From contig NC_083437.1 in the NCBI RefSeq assembly GCF_020745735.1, forward strand, positions 24,242,001 to 24,306,000: a DNA stretch of 64,000 nt, written 5' to 3'. Below are positions 10,226 through 22,200 of the stretch, piece after piece (within the stretch, counting starts at the first letter, position 1; each line of letters begins with the position of its first letter). Both the position numbers and the translations under genes were made by a program. A model generated the notes under the pieces. The model saw nothing but the letters and a program-made list of their open reading frames with translations, ran no database searches and was not told the origin of the DNA. The DNA is from Hemiscyllium ocellatum. Lineage: Eukaryota.

Positions 10226-13200
10226 GTAATAATTTAAATATTCAGCTAGTCATTGGATATGATTCTTAATAAGAGCTTAGAAAGTTTGCAGAATGACCAA
10301 TCCTTGTTTTTTCAGGGGCAGGCCAGGATGTGGGCCGCAGTTGTATCCTGGTCTCAATTGGTGGGAAAAACGTGATGCTGGATTGTGGAATGCACATGGG
10401 ATATAATGATGATGTAAGTATGTGGAATAGTTGAATGGTAGAAAATACAAGAAACCATAGGCCTATGAAATAAGGAGACATCTAGGCTAGTGTTATATGA
10501 CCTAAGTTTATATGGTTCATTTGTCAATTTTTGTGTATCCATGTTTCCCTCAATGGACATGGATCAGTGTTTGTTAGTTGTTACTCTTCGGTAGAGGGTT
10601 GAAGTGTTCCCAGCCTCCTGCAGTCTTGGATTTCACATATCACTGGTGGGGGCGGAACCATCTCCATAACTGGAGTTGGATATAGGTTAATTAACCACTG
10701 CAGTTATCACTGTACAAGCAGTGATTGTTGCTATGGCCCAGGAAAGGTCCATAGTTTCTATATTCTTGCTGTTGGGTTCTGACTGGTCTATATAGTGTAC
10801 GAATAAACCTAATAGGTCAGGAATCAGTTATACGATCTCTCAAACCACTTCATTATTCAATAAAATTGTGGCTGATTTTTTTCCTTGAACTCAGCTTTCC
10901 TGTCCTATTGCCATATTCCTCCATTCCCTGGGATTTCAAACATCTAGTAATCTGGGAACTCCCTCATATTTCACATCCCTACCCCTAAAAAAAACTCATA
11001 AAGAGGCATTGTGAGTTGACTTCATCCCTGGGTATTAATTTAGATTTAGGTTTTTAAACAGGATAAATTCATACAGATCTAGTTCTTCCACAATTGGCTC
11101 CCTACCTAGGATCAGATATCGCAGTTTAGACTGAGTATAGCAAATGAAATGTTAGTTAAGTATTTGTCACAGTAGTTAACACTGTAACTGCAAGTGAAAA
11201 GTGCAGTTTCAAGATTAGCACTAAATTGAGCACATTACTACTCAATGTAGTAGTAATGTGCTCAACGAACTGTATTTATCGTGTTGTGAACTAAATGAAT
11301 CATAGCTGCATCTCAAGCAAAATCAGAAATTGCAGGATTTGAATAAGAGAACTGGTGACTACAATAATCATGTCTTTTCCTCGTCCCACATTCTTACAAA
11401 TATGCACAACCTTCAGTGATTTTTCTTCTGTCCTTTCTCAACCATCTTTTCTTGCTAGATTCCAATTGTTGGATGCCCTCTGGTGGGCTAACTACCTCAG
11501 ACTGTAGGATGATTTATTGAGTTTATGGTCCTAAAGGCAAGCCTAGTACATTCTAACCATTAGCTGAAGTTCATATGCAGGTGATTTTCTTTTAAGTAAA
11601 TGGTTGGAAAAAGATACACAGACCACACCTGGATTTTCAATAATAGTTGTTCTGAGAGAGACTCCTTATCTGAGAGCTCTTAAGATAGTACACACTCCTA
11701 TGATGGGTGTATCAATTGTTAAACTTACTGCTGCTCTGGCTGAGATCAGTTAGCTGCACAATGCAGTTTGGATATTCTCAGTTCCTAATTGACTTTAACA
11801 GAAAAAGCATTAGGGCAGTTTACTTTTCAGGTAAATTCCGTCTGTGGTTTATACTTAAAATTTCTGTCAAGATTATTTGATACCAGTAAAAGCATTCTTG
11901 CTTGGCAGTCAGTTTGTGGAAAATAAAAACTTGAAGAAAGATTGCCTCTTTAAGAATTTAATTTTAAAAGCTTTCTCTAAAAGAAATGAAATTTCAAATT
12001 GCTAGTTGTTTTCACAAAGCCTGTCAAATCCCGTGAGATTTCCATTCATAGTATATTTGTACATTTTCTTTTTGAAATGATCTTTCCATTTTAGCTTTCT
12101 CACTCCTTCTAAGGTACAAGTTCACAGTTATTGTCACCTTGTCCAAGCTGTTAGCATGAGAATGCAAGTTTAACATGTTTGCCATTAGCTAGTCAGAACC
12201 TTTTCTTGACGTTTTCACATTTGCACGTCCAGCAGTATTCATTGGATTTTGATAATAAGCGGGTACCCTAATCAAAGATAATTTGGGCCAAATTTTGTTC
12301 TCCAGCTCTTTTTCTTGGTCTTGGCTCTGTACAGTTGTTTGTGATTCATCGCTTCTTAACAGAGAAGCTTCTCCAGTATCCATTCTGCAATTTTCAAAAT
12401 GGAAGACTGACAGAATTTCTTGAATGTTGTTATTATTTAGAAAATGAACAGAAAGGTCATAGGAAATGTCTTTATACTGAAAGTTATTGGCAAAGGGACT
12501 ATTTTTCTCCCCACAAGCTGGAAGACACCCATTGTATCTTCTAACAGAAACTTGGGTAAACCTTTTGAAGCAATGTAAGATAGAGGATAGTGAGGAGAGA
12601 CGAGGGCAGTGAAATTATTTAAGTGGCAGCATCAACTTGATGGGTGCAATGGCCTCCTTTCTCACTGTAAAAGTCCTGATTGTTATCCTGCAGCTCCTGT
12701 AGCAGCACAGACTGGGAGATGAACCAAAACCTTCCTTGTCTCTCCAGCTCTGTTCAGTCATTTTTGATTTATTGCTGCTCCTTGTTATTCCAGAGACGCT
12801 TTCCTGATTTCTCTTACATCACTCAAAATGGAAGACTGACTGAATTTCTTGACTGTGTCATCATCAGGTAACTATTACTCCCATAGTCTGTAACGTGTAT
12901 CACCATTTGCACTGAGGAGGTACAGAAGAGACCTGTCTTCTGGCTGTAGTTCATTTTGAATTTTGTTTGCTGCTGAATTTGTTGGGTATTTCCAATATTT
13001 CTGTAGTATTTTGTTGACACAAATGAATTTTAGTTCAAAAGCTTTAAAATTGGTTTTGCTATTATTTTCAAAATATTAAGGATTATTTTAACATAACTAC
13101 AGAATTCTTCAATTCCATACAGAATCCCTTTTCTTCTTAAAAGTAGAATCCATATAGACTAAAATATATTATGGAGTTATCTAGTCTTTTCTATTCTATA

Positions 13201-16200
13201 AAATAGAATGAAAAGACCAGATGACTCCAAAAGTGATTTGGGTGATAGATGAATGCCTCAGCCTCAATCTCTCAAAAGCAGGAATCTTACTAATCTCAAA
13301 TTTTTCAACATGTCTGATAAGATGTTGTTGTTGTCCTCATTAACTGTACTGTATTTGTTCTTGTCAGTCATTTCCATCTCGACCACTGCGGTGCACTTCC
13401 TTATATGAGTGAGATGATTGGCTATGATGGTCCCATATACATGACCCACCCAACAAAAGCCATTTGTCCGATCCTTTTAGAAGATTACCGGAAGATTACA
13501 GTCGATAAAAAAGGAGAAACAAATTTCTTTACTTCTCAGATGATAAAAGACTGCATGAAGAAAGTTGTAGCTGTTCATCTGCATCAAACTGTACAGGCAA
13601 GCAATGTCCTCTTGACCGTCCTTTGTTTAAAGAGTTAAAGATGTTGACTAGAAGAACAGATACATAGACAATGCACCAATCTGGCAATGTTTTCCAGGCT
13701 CATGATATCTACGATTTGTTTTATTATTAGTCGTACAGAAGGTTTTTTGACTCTGCAGGCCCAGATTCCAGTATGGACTGATTTGGCAACCTTCCATTCT
13801 GTATTGCCTGTCAGTATATCATGTTTCCAGCTGCAACTGGGCTTACTAGAATCATTTCGATTAGAAGATACTCATTTGCACTTTGGTGTGATCATCTTCT
13901 AGGTTGACGATGAACTCGAAATTAAAGCATATTACGCTGGACATGTGCTTGGTGCAGCCATGGTTCTCATCCGGGTGGGCTCTGAATCAGTGGTATATAC
14001 CGTGAGTATAAATAAATCTCAGTCACGAGGCTACTCATTTATTACTGATGAAGGGCTCCGGCCCAAAATGTTGATTTTCCTGCTCCTCGGATGCTGCCTG
14101 TCCTGCTGTACTTTTCCAGCAACACACTCTCAACCCTGATCTCCAGCATCTGCAGACCTCACTGTCTCCTCCTCATTTATTACCACAAGGTGAAGCAGCA
14201 AGTCATTGCTTCAAGACTATTTATTCTAAAAGAAATTTGGTTTTATGGGAAGGCTGTGCTATCTTGGCTGTAAGTTGTCATGTATATGCTATAATGTGTC
14301 TCATTGCATTGAATTGTTTGCATAATGTATGATGGGAATCATTGTACCAGATACACTGGGAGATATTCATGTGCTGAGATGTGCAGTATATGGATTGATC
14401 CCACAGAGTAGCTGCTTTTGTCCTGTTAATTTGTATTTGCTTTCACCTTCGCTGAAGCTGTTGACTGATTGTTCTACTAGCAGTAAGTGGCCTGCAGTAC
14501 TCTTCATGTTATGATCTTATGCTGTAGGCTGTACAAAACAATTGAATCATAATGGGGGAGGCATCGCCATCTGGTGCAATGGTGTCCTCAACCAGCATTC
14601 ACACATCCAGACTTTCTAATAAGAGTCACTGCTTAGCATTCAGCAATGGAACATTATCTGGATATTCCTGTCCATAGCCACCTCCTGATGAAGGGCTTAT
14701 GCCCAAAATGTTGATTCTCCTGCTCCTCGGATGCTGTCTGACCTGCTGTGCTTTTCCAGCACCACACTCTTGACTCCTATGCAGTCAAGTCAGACTCTTG
14801 TAAAAGGTTCCTCAAATGCAGAAATGAGTATTAAAGGTTCGGGTTTTATTACTGCCTGTGGTTTTCCAGTTACCTGATGTGTACGACATGTCTGGCAAAA
14901 CTCAATACATCCTTGTGCAGTCCAGGCCAGTAAAAATGTTTTTGTATTTTGGCTTGAGTTTTTCTTACTCTAAATGACCCCCTACTGGTAGTTCATGTGC
15001 TACCCGCAATAGCTCCTTTCTGTAACCCACTGGCAATATAACTTGATGAACTTCTGCCCATTTCTCATCTGCCTGAGTATGTGATGATCTCCATTTCCTC
15101 ATTCCGACTATTGTTTTGAAAATAGTAGCGTTCAAGGATACATTCAGATTCTTTTTCTGTGTATACCTTTTGATACAATTGCTTTAAATTTTCATCTTTT
15201 TGCTGTGACTCAGTTAATTTATCTGAGCTAAAGATGTCTACTTTGTCATTTATCTGCTCCTGGTTTGTCTCAACCATTTGATCAACAGGGTTTCTGCTAA
15301 TTCCACTTCAACTTTCTTATTTGTACTCTTTGATTTCGCCAGTTTCGAATTGTGACTTTGTGACCTCATTACCACACAGTCTGGAAAAATCCCAGAATAT
15401 GTGTCTTGCGATAGTTCAGTTGCCTGAGTTTCAACTGACTTTTCAACCACAGTAGGCAGCATTCCTACCTGTGAACCAGCTGTATGCCTGGCAGAGACAA
15501 ATTGTTTTCCTGGTCTTTCGGACCAGGCTGGACCCCCTCAAAATATTTCAAGAAAATAGCCCAGACCTTAACTTTGCTATTTTTTTAAGCCAGTATAAAA
15601 TGGATATTCCAGGAGAGAATCAGTTGGTCATACCACTTAGTTTTAACCAAAACAAAATTTATTTACAAGATTACTGAATGGAACACAAACAAAAAGAGAA
15701 CAGAATACAGAATAACTTAACCTATCTGAAAATCCAACAGATCATCCCAGTTTAATGATGCTGTTCCAAATATTTGCAACAATTTCTGGCTGGAAGGAGA
15801 CAGAGGGTAGTAGTTGATGGACTAGGTTCATCTTGGAGTGCAGTTACTAGCGGTGTACCACAGGGATCTGTTTTGGGACCGTTGCTGTTTGTCATCTTTA
15901 TAAATGATCTAGAGGAGGGGCTTGAAAGCTGGGTGAGCAAGTTTGCGGATGACACAAAGGTCGGTGGAGTTGTGGACAGTGAAGAAGGATGTGGCAGGTT
16001 ACAGCGGGATATAGATAGGTTGCAGAGCTGGGCAGAAAGGTGGCAGATGGAATTCAATGTAGCTAAGTGTGAAGTCATTCACTTTGGTAGGAGTAACAAG
16101 AAGATGGATTACTGGGCTAATGGTAGGCTACTTGGTAGTGTGGATGAGCAGAGGGATCTTGGTGTCCATGTACACAGATCTCTGAAAGTTGCCACCCAGG

Positions 16201-19200
16201 TAAATAGTGCTGTGAGGAAGGCATATGGTGTACTGGGCTTTATTGGTAGAGGAATTGAGTTCCGGAGTCCTGAGGTCATGTTGCAGTTGTATAAGACTCT
16301 GGTGCGGCCTCATCTGGAGTATTGTGTGCAGTTTTGGTCGCCATACTATAGGAAGGATGTGGAGGCATTGGAACGAGTGCAGAGGAGGTTTACCAGGATG
16401 TTGCCTGGCATGGTAGGAAGATCGTATGAGGAAAGGCTGAGGCACTTGGGCCTGTTCTCATTGGAGAAAAGGAGGTTTAGGGGAGATTTGATAGAGGTGT
16501 ATAAGATGATTAGGGGTTTAGATAGGGTAGACACTGAGAACCTTTTACCGCTAATGGAGTCAGCTGTTACTAGGGGACACCCCTTTAAATTAAGGGGTGG
16601 TAGGTATAGGACAGATGTTAGGGGTAGATTCTTTACGCAGCGGGTTGTGAGTTCATGGAATGCCCTGCCAGTAGCAGTGGTGAACTCTCCCTCTTTATGG
16701 TCATTTAAGCAGGCATTGGATAAGCATATGGAGGTTATTGGGCTAGTGTAGGTTAGGTAGGATTTGGTCGGCGCAACATCAAGGGCCGAAGGGCCTGTAC
16801 TGCGCTGTATTTTTCTATGTTCTATGTTCTAATTCCCATATCCAGCCCTTGGCACAAAAGGTAAAATCAAACACAGGGTCTTACAGGAGAGAAATCAAAC
16901 AGAGTCGCAGCATGGATCTGCTTCTTTGGGTCTGACAGTTTCAAAACACTACTGTTTGCTAAAACCAAGCCAAACCAGAGAAAAGCTGAGCTGGGCGAAC
17001 TGGCCGTTCCCCTTTCATTGTACAAGTACTTTTTTAAAACTTAAAAGCTTTTGCCTGATTGAGTATCTCTTAGCTACAATCAATTGGTCATAAAACCCTT
17101 CAACTTAGACTTTTTGGAGTCTGTGTCTTTTACGACCGCTCTGAAAAAAAACCCAAGGAACAACATAGCCTTGTTAAAAGAGCAGCATCATCACATTGGA
17201 GCTGAGAGTTTGTCCAGTACTCCTACCACGACTTCTCCACTCTTCACTGGACATTCTAACCCCATTACGTAGTTGAGTGCTTCTTGTCTCACCGTGAATT
17301 CCTGTTACTAGCATCTTTTCTGGCAGTAGTCCTTCAGAGGTACATATTTCCTCATCTTTCAACATCAAAGGTTGAGAAGATCCTGTATCTCTTAATATTG
17401 TGACCTCTTCACCTGCTGTTCCTGGTCTATACAAATAAACTTTATCTTCGCAGGTATATGGTTTAAGAAGATTTGGCACTTCCTCTTTAATCAACCTCTG
17501 ACCAGCTTGTACATTCTGGTGCAGCTTTCGAGCCTCCATTGTGCTTTCTGTTACCACTCCAACAAAATTCACTGGCTTATCCTGTTTTCCTACATCTAGC
17601 TTTTCCTAACCCACCAACACTGTGAGGTCATGGGGCCTACTTTATTGCAGTGAAAACACCTGAGCCTTTTAACTCTCTTTTCCCTTGAAGGGTTTCCTTT
17701 TTATCCCTGTCTGTAGGCTTCTGGCACAAGCTCTTATGCACTTAGAATGGTTTTCTTTACCTCCTGATATGCCCCATATATCTCCTCTGATAGTGATGTG
17801 AATACCTCACTATCTACAAGTTCTTGTTTGGATCAACAAAACCCACATGGTCACTGGCCACTGCATTTGTTTAGCCACCTTTTCAAATGAGATGAAAAAG
17901 GCTTCCATACCCTTCTCATCAAATTTAGGAAATGCTTGAATATATTTAAACAGTTTCTCAACAGGGCTTTGGTTACCACGGGTTTGTTCCTCACTCTCGT
18001 CCACATTAAGCTTACCGTCAGCCTTCATCCTTTTAAGCTGACTTTCCTGTCTAAGTGCCGATTTCTGAAGTTCAAGCTCGCTCTTTCTTCCTTTTCTCTT
18101 CTTTTTTCCTTTTGTTTGACTAAAGCAATTTTGTCCTCCTTTTTTTGTTCTGCGAGGGCCATTTGTTCTTTTTTTCTTTTCTCTGCTTTTAATTGTCATT
18201 CAAACAGTTTCATTTATTTTGCCCTTTCCTTGTGTTTTGCCTCTAACTCAAGCTGCTTCATTTTCAATTGAACTTCAGCAATCTCTAAAGATTCTGGTGT
18301 TTCCAGCAAATTTAAATGTAGCGCTATTACTGTAATTATCTCTCCTTATGGAAAGACAGCATCCCCAACTCCAACTTGTCTGCTAATTCCAGCTTAGCCT
18401 TAATTACCTTTTGCAAAACCCTCAAAGTCACTTCTTCGACCCCCCAGGAAACCCTTGCTGACTGAAAGAGTCATTGCTATCCTAAGCACTGTTTAAACCA
18501 ACCAATATCAACACCCAGAACAAAAGACACTAACACCTACCACTCGCAGACTTTTGAGTCCAACAACCCTGATCCCAATTTGGAATTATAGAACAAATCC
18601 CGTAAACAGCTCCCATTCTATTTTGACTGGGCCAGACCCCCACATATTTCAAGAAAGTAGCCTGGACCCTAACTTTGCTTGTTGTTATAAACAGGTGTAT
18701 AGTGGATATTCCAGGAGAGATGCAGCTGGCCCAACCACTTCGTTTTAAACAAAACAGAATTTATTTGCAAGATTACTGAATGAAACACAAACAAAAGAAA
18801 ACAGAATATAGAATAGCTTAACATATTCATCAATAGTCACAGGTGAGGTGCCAGAAGACTGGAGGTTGGCTAACGTGGTGCCATTGTTTAAGAAGGGCGG
18901 TAAAGACAAGCCAGGGAACTATAGACCGGTGAGCCTGACCTCAGTAGTGGGCAAGTTGTTGGAGGGAATCCTAAGGGAGAGGATGTACATGTATTTGGAA
19001 AGGCAAGGACTGATTCAGGATAGTCAACATGGCTTTGTGGTGGGAAATCATGTCTCACAAACTTGATTGAATTTTATGAAGAAGTAACAAAGAAGATTGA
19101 TAAGGGCAGAGCAGTAGTTGTGATCTATATGGACTTCAGTAAGGCGTTCGACAAGGTTCTCCATGGGAGACTGATTAGCAAGGTTAGAACTCATGGAATA

Positions 19201-22200
19201 CAGGGAGAACTAGCCATTTGGATACAGAACTGGCTCAAAGGTAGAAGACAGAGGGTGGTGGAGGAGGGTTGTTTTTCAGACTGGAGGCCTGTGACCAGTG
19301 GAGTGCCACAAGGGTCCTCTACTTTTTGTCATTTACATAAATGATTTGGATGCGAGCATAAGAGGTACAGTTAGTAAGTTTGCAGATGACACCAAAATTG
19401 GAGGTGTAGTGGACAAGGAAGAGGGTTACCTCAGAGTACAACAGGATCCGGACCAGATGAGCAAATGAGCTGAGGAGTGGCAGATGGAGTTTAATTCAGA
19501 TAAATGCGAGGTGCTGCATTTTGGGAAAGCAAACCTTAGCAGGACTTATACACTTAATGGTCAGGTCCTAGGGAGTGTTGCAGAACCAAGAGACCTTGGA
19601 GTGCAGGTTACAGCTCCTTAAAAGTGGAGTCGCAGGTAGATAGGATAGTGAAGAAGGTGTTTGGTTTGCTTTCCTTTATTGGTCAGAGTATTGAGTACAG
19701 GAGTTGGGAGGTTATGTTGTGGCTGTACAGGACATTGGTTAGGCCACTGTTGGAATATTGCGTGCAATTCTGGTCTCCTTCCTATCGGAAAGATGTCGTG
19801 AAACTTGAAAGGGTTCAGAACAGATTTAGAAAAATGTTGCCAGGGTTGGAAGATTTGAGCTACAGGGAGAGGCTGAACAGGCTGGGGCTGTTTCCCTGGA
19901 GCACGGAGACTGAGGGGTGACCTTATAGAGGTTTACAAAATTATGAGGGGCATGGATAGGATAAATAGACAAAGTCTTTTCCCTGGGGATCAGGGAGTCC
20001 ACAACTAGAGGGCATAGGTTTAGGGTGAGAGGGGAAAGATATAAAAGAGAGCTAAGGGACAACGTTTTCACGCAGAGGGTGGTATGTGTATGGAATGAGC
20101 TGCCAGAGGATGTGGTGGAGGCTGGTACAATTGCAACATTTAAGAGGCATTTGGATGGGTATATGAATAGGAAGGGTTTGGAGGGATATGGGCTGGGTGC
20201 TGGCAGGTGGGTCTAGATTGGGCTGGGATAGCTGGTCGGCGTGGACAGGTTGGACCGAAGGGTCTGTTTCCATGCTGTACATCTCTATGACTCTATCTGA
20301 AACCCAACAGATTATCCCAATTTAATGTTGCATTTTCAAATGCTTGCAACAATTCCCATAACCATTCCTTGGCAAAAAGGGTAAAATCAAACATGGGGTC
20401 TTAAAGAAGAGAGAGAGAGAGAGATGGCGGAGAGATTCAGCATGGAACACCTTCTTTCATGAAGCTGTTTCTTGGACTCGCAGCCTCAAAACCGACTAAC
20501 TGCATTCAGTGAACAGCCAGACGACTAAAACCAAAACAACCCAGAGAAAAGCTGAGCTTGGAGAACTGGCCGCTCCCCCTTCATTGTACAAGTGTTTATT
20601 TTAAAAACATGAAGGCATTCTGAAGTAGATAAACCCAGACTTTTCAGACGTCTACCACCTCTCTGAAACAAAGCCGAGGACAACAAAACCTTGTAAAAGG
20701 AGCATTGCCACAATCCTCGTGTGTGACATGATGTTGGAGCGAAGGCTGTTGATGAAACAGCTGAAGTCCAACTCAGAGATTATTTGTAGTGGTCTACCGA
20801 AACAGGTCAGAACACAGACAGGGTTGTTGATTTATTTAAATTAGCATACTTACTAACAGTATATTAGTGTCTTTTTGTGAATTTTTACAAGTTGGCATTT
20901 ATTTATTTCCTTGCTCTGATACATCTATTTTGATTTAAAACTTTGCAGGGTGATTACAACATGACACCAGATCGACATTTAGGGTGAGTTTGTCCATTGC
21001 AATATATTCATATTGTTCTACAAAGCAGATTTACTTCAATTACAATTTGCCAGTATATTGTTCAGAGTATTACAAAATTGCTACTTCTCAATGTTGTTTC
21101 ACGGATATAGCACAGGGCTAACAAATCTGTCGGGCTTCTTTAGGCTTCTGAATTTAGTTTCATTTAGTCTCTGTGCTCTGGTTTCAATCTCCTTAACCAC
21201 CATGTGAGTTTGTTTTCACCATGGATAGCTTTGGATGCTAACTCCCCTTGTTCTTAATCTTCACTCAGATTACTGAGCATTGGAAACAGTCAAAACCATC
21301 AGCTGTAGCAATTTTTACAGCATTTAGTTTTTTTCATACAGTTTGCATTGTGTACTTTACACCTTTGCATTTTAGATATGAGAATGACTAACATTGAAAA
21401 TTGGAAAGTTTTGGTGCTTGTATTATTTTTAAGTTTTATGTTCCTAATGTACATAGTGATGGTTTGATTACTTCAAACTTTGGCATTATTCTTGTGTGAA
21501 CATTAAATAATGAAATTGCTTAGGAAGCTAAGGTCTTTATTTGGATTCACTTACATCAGTTTCTGTTTGTTTAGGAAATTTCCCTGTCAATACCAGTTGA
21601 TATAGACCTCAGATTATGCTATTTGAAATAATTTTGGACACATATTTAACATTCATAGTACTTTTTATTTTTATTAGAAATGATTTTAATTCCACATCCA
21701 TCCACAAAGTGTCTCACTAGCACACTTGTTTGTAAGGATACACAGACCTGCGTTCAGTATATGGTCTTATGCCTTTTTTACTTTGCTGTCGTTGATAACA
21801 GGCACAATTCAACATATTGTTGGTTGTATGGAGTTGGTGCTACTCCTGCTGGAGGACCTCAAGAGAATTTGCTTGTCTCCTTAACCAGAACCACCAGCAT
21901 TAAATATAAAAATATGCTTCTGGCCTAGCAAACCTTTCTTCCTGGTCACAGATACTGAGAACTCAGTCACCTTTTAAGATCAGTTGTACAATTTTAGACT
22001 TTCTCCAGTCTCTTTTTAGTAATCACTTTTCAGATGACTTGTGCCCGGGTTTGAATGTCCACAGTTTGAGGTTTTATATGATATCCTCTTCCACTTAAAA
22101 GGGAAAGACTTCTGTTCGAACAGTGAGCACAAGAGACTTTGGCAGCTCACTCTCAGTCTGAGGTTGGTGGTCATATGCTGTCCCTGCAGATTTTGTCTTC

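Larger units (their letters stand above)
14780..20711 (-). mobile_element. Gmr1-type Gypsy LTR retrotransposon remnant (5' LTR, PBS, gag, protease, start of integrase; RT/RH and 3' LTR missing)
   Basis: LTR begins TGTGG at 20711; PBS tgggagctgtttacgggat (18597..18615) resembles tRNA-Pro TGGGGGCTCGTCCGGGAT; gag [18 protein letters not shown]; protease ILRDTGSSQ followed directly by integrase [10 protein letters not shown]...FYWPGL (IN before RT is the Gmr1 order). Confidence 0.85.

Noticed and set aside
15774-16751. 325-aa open RT frame as a domesticated gene
   Set aside because: It starts at a TTG in the flanking LTR, lacks the RT N-terminus and ends in a CR1 3' tail, so it is a young truncated CR1.
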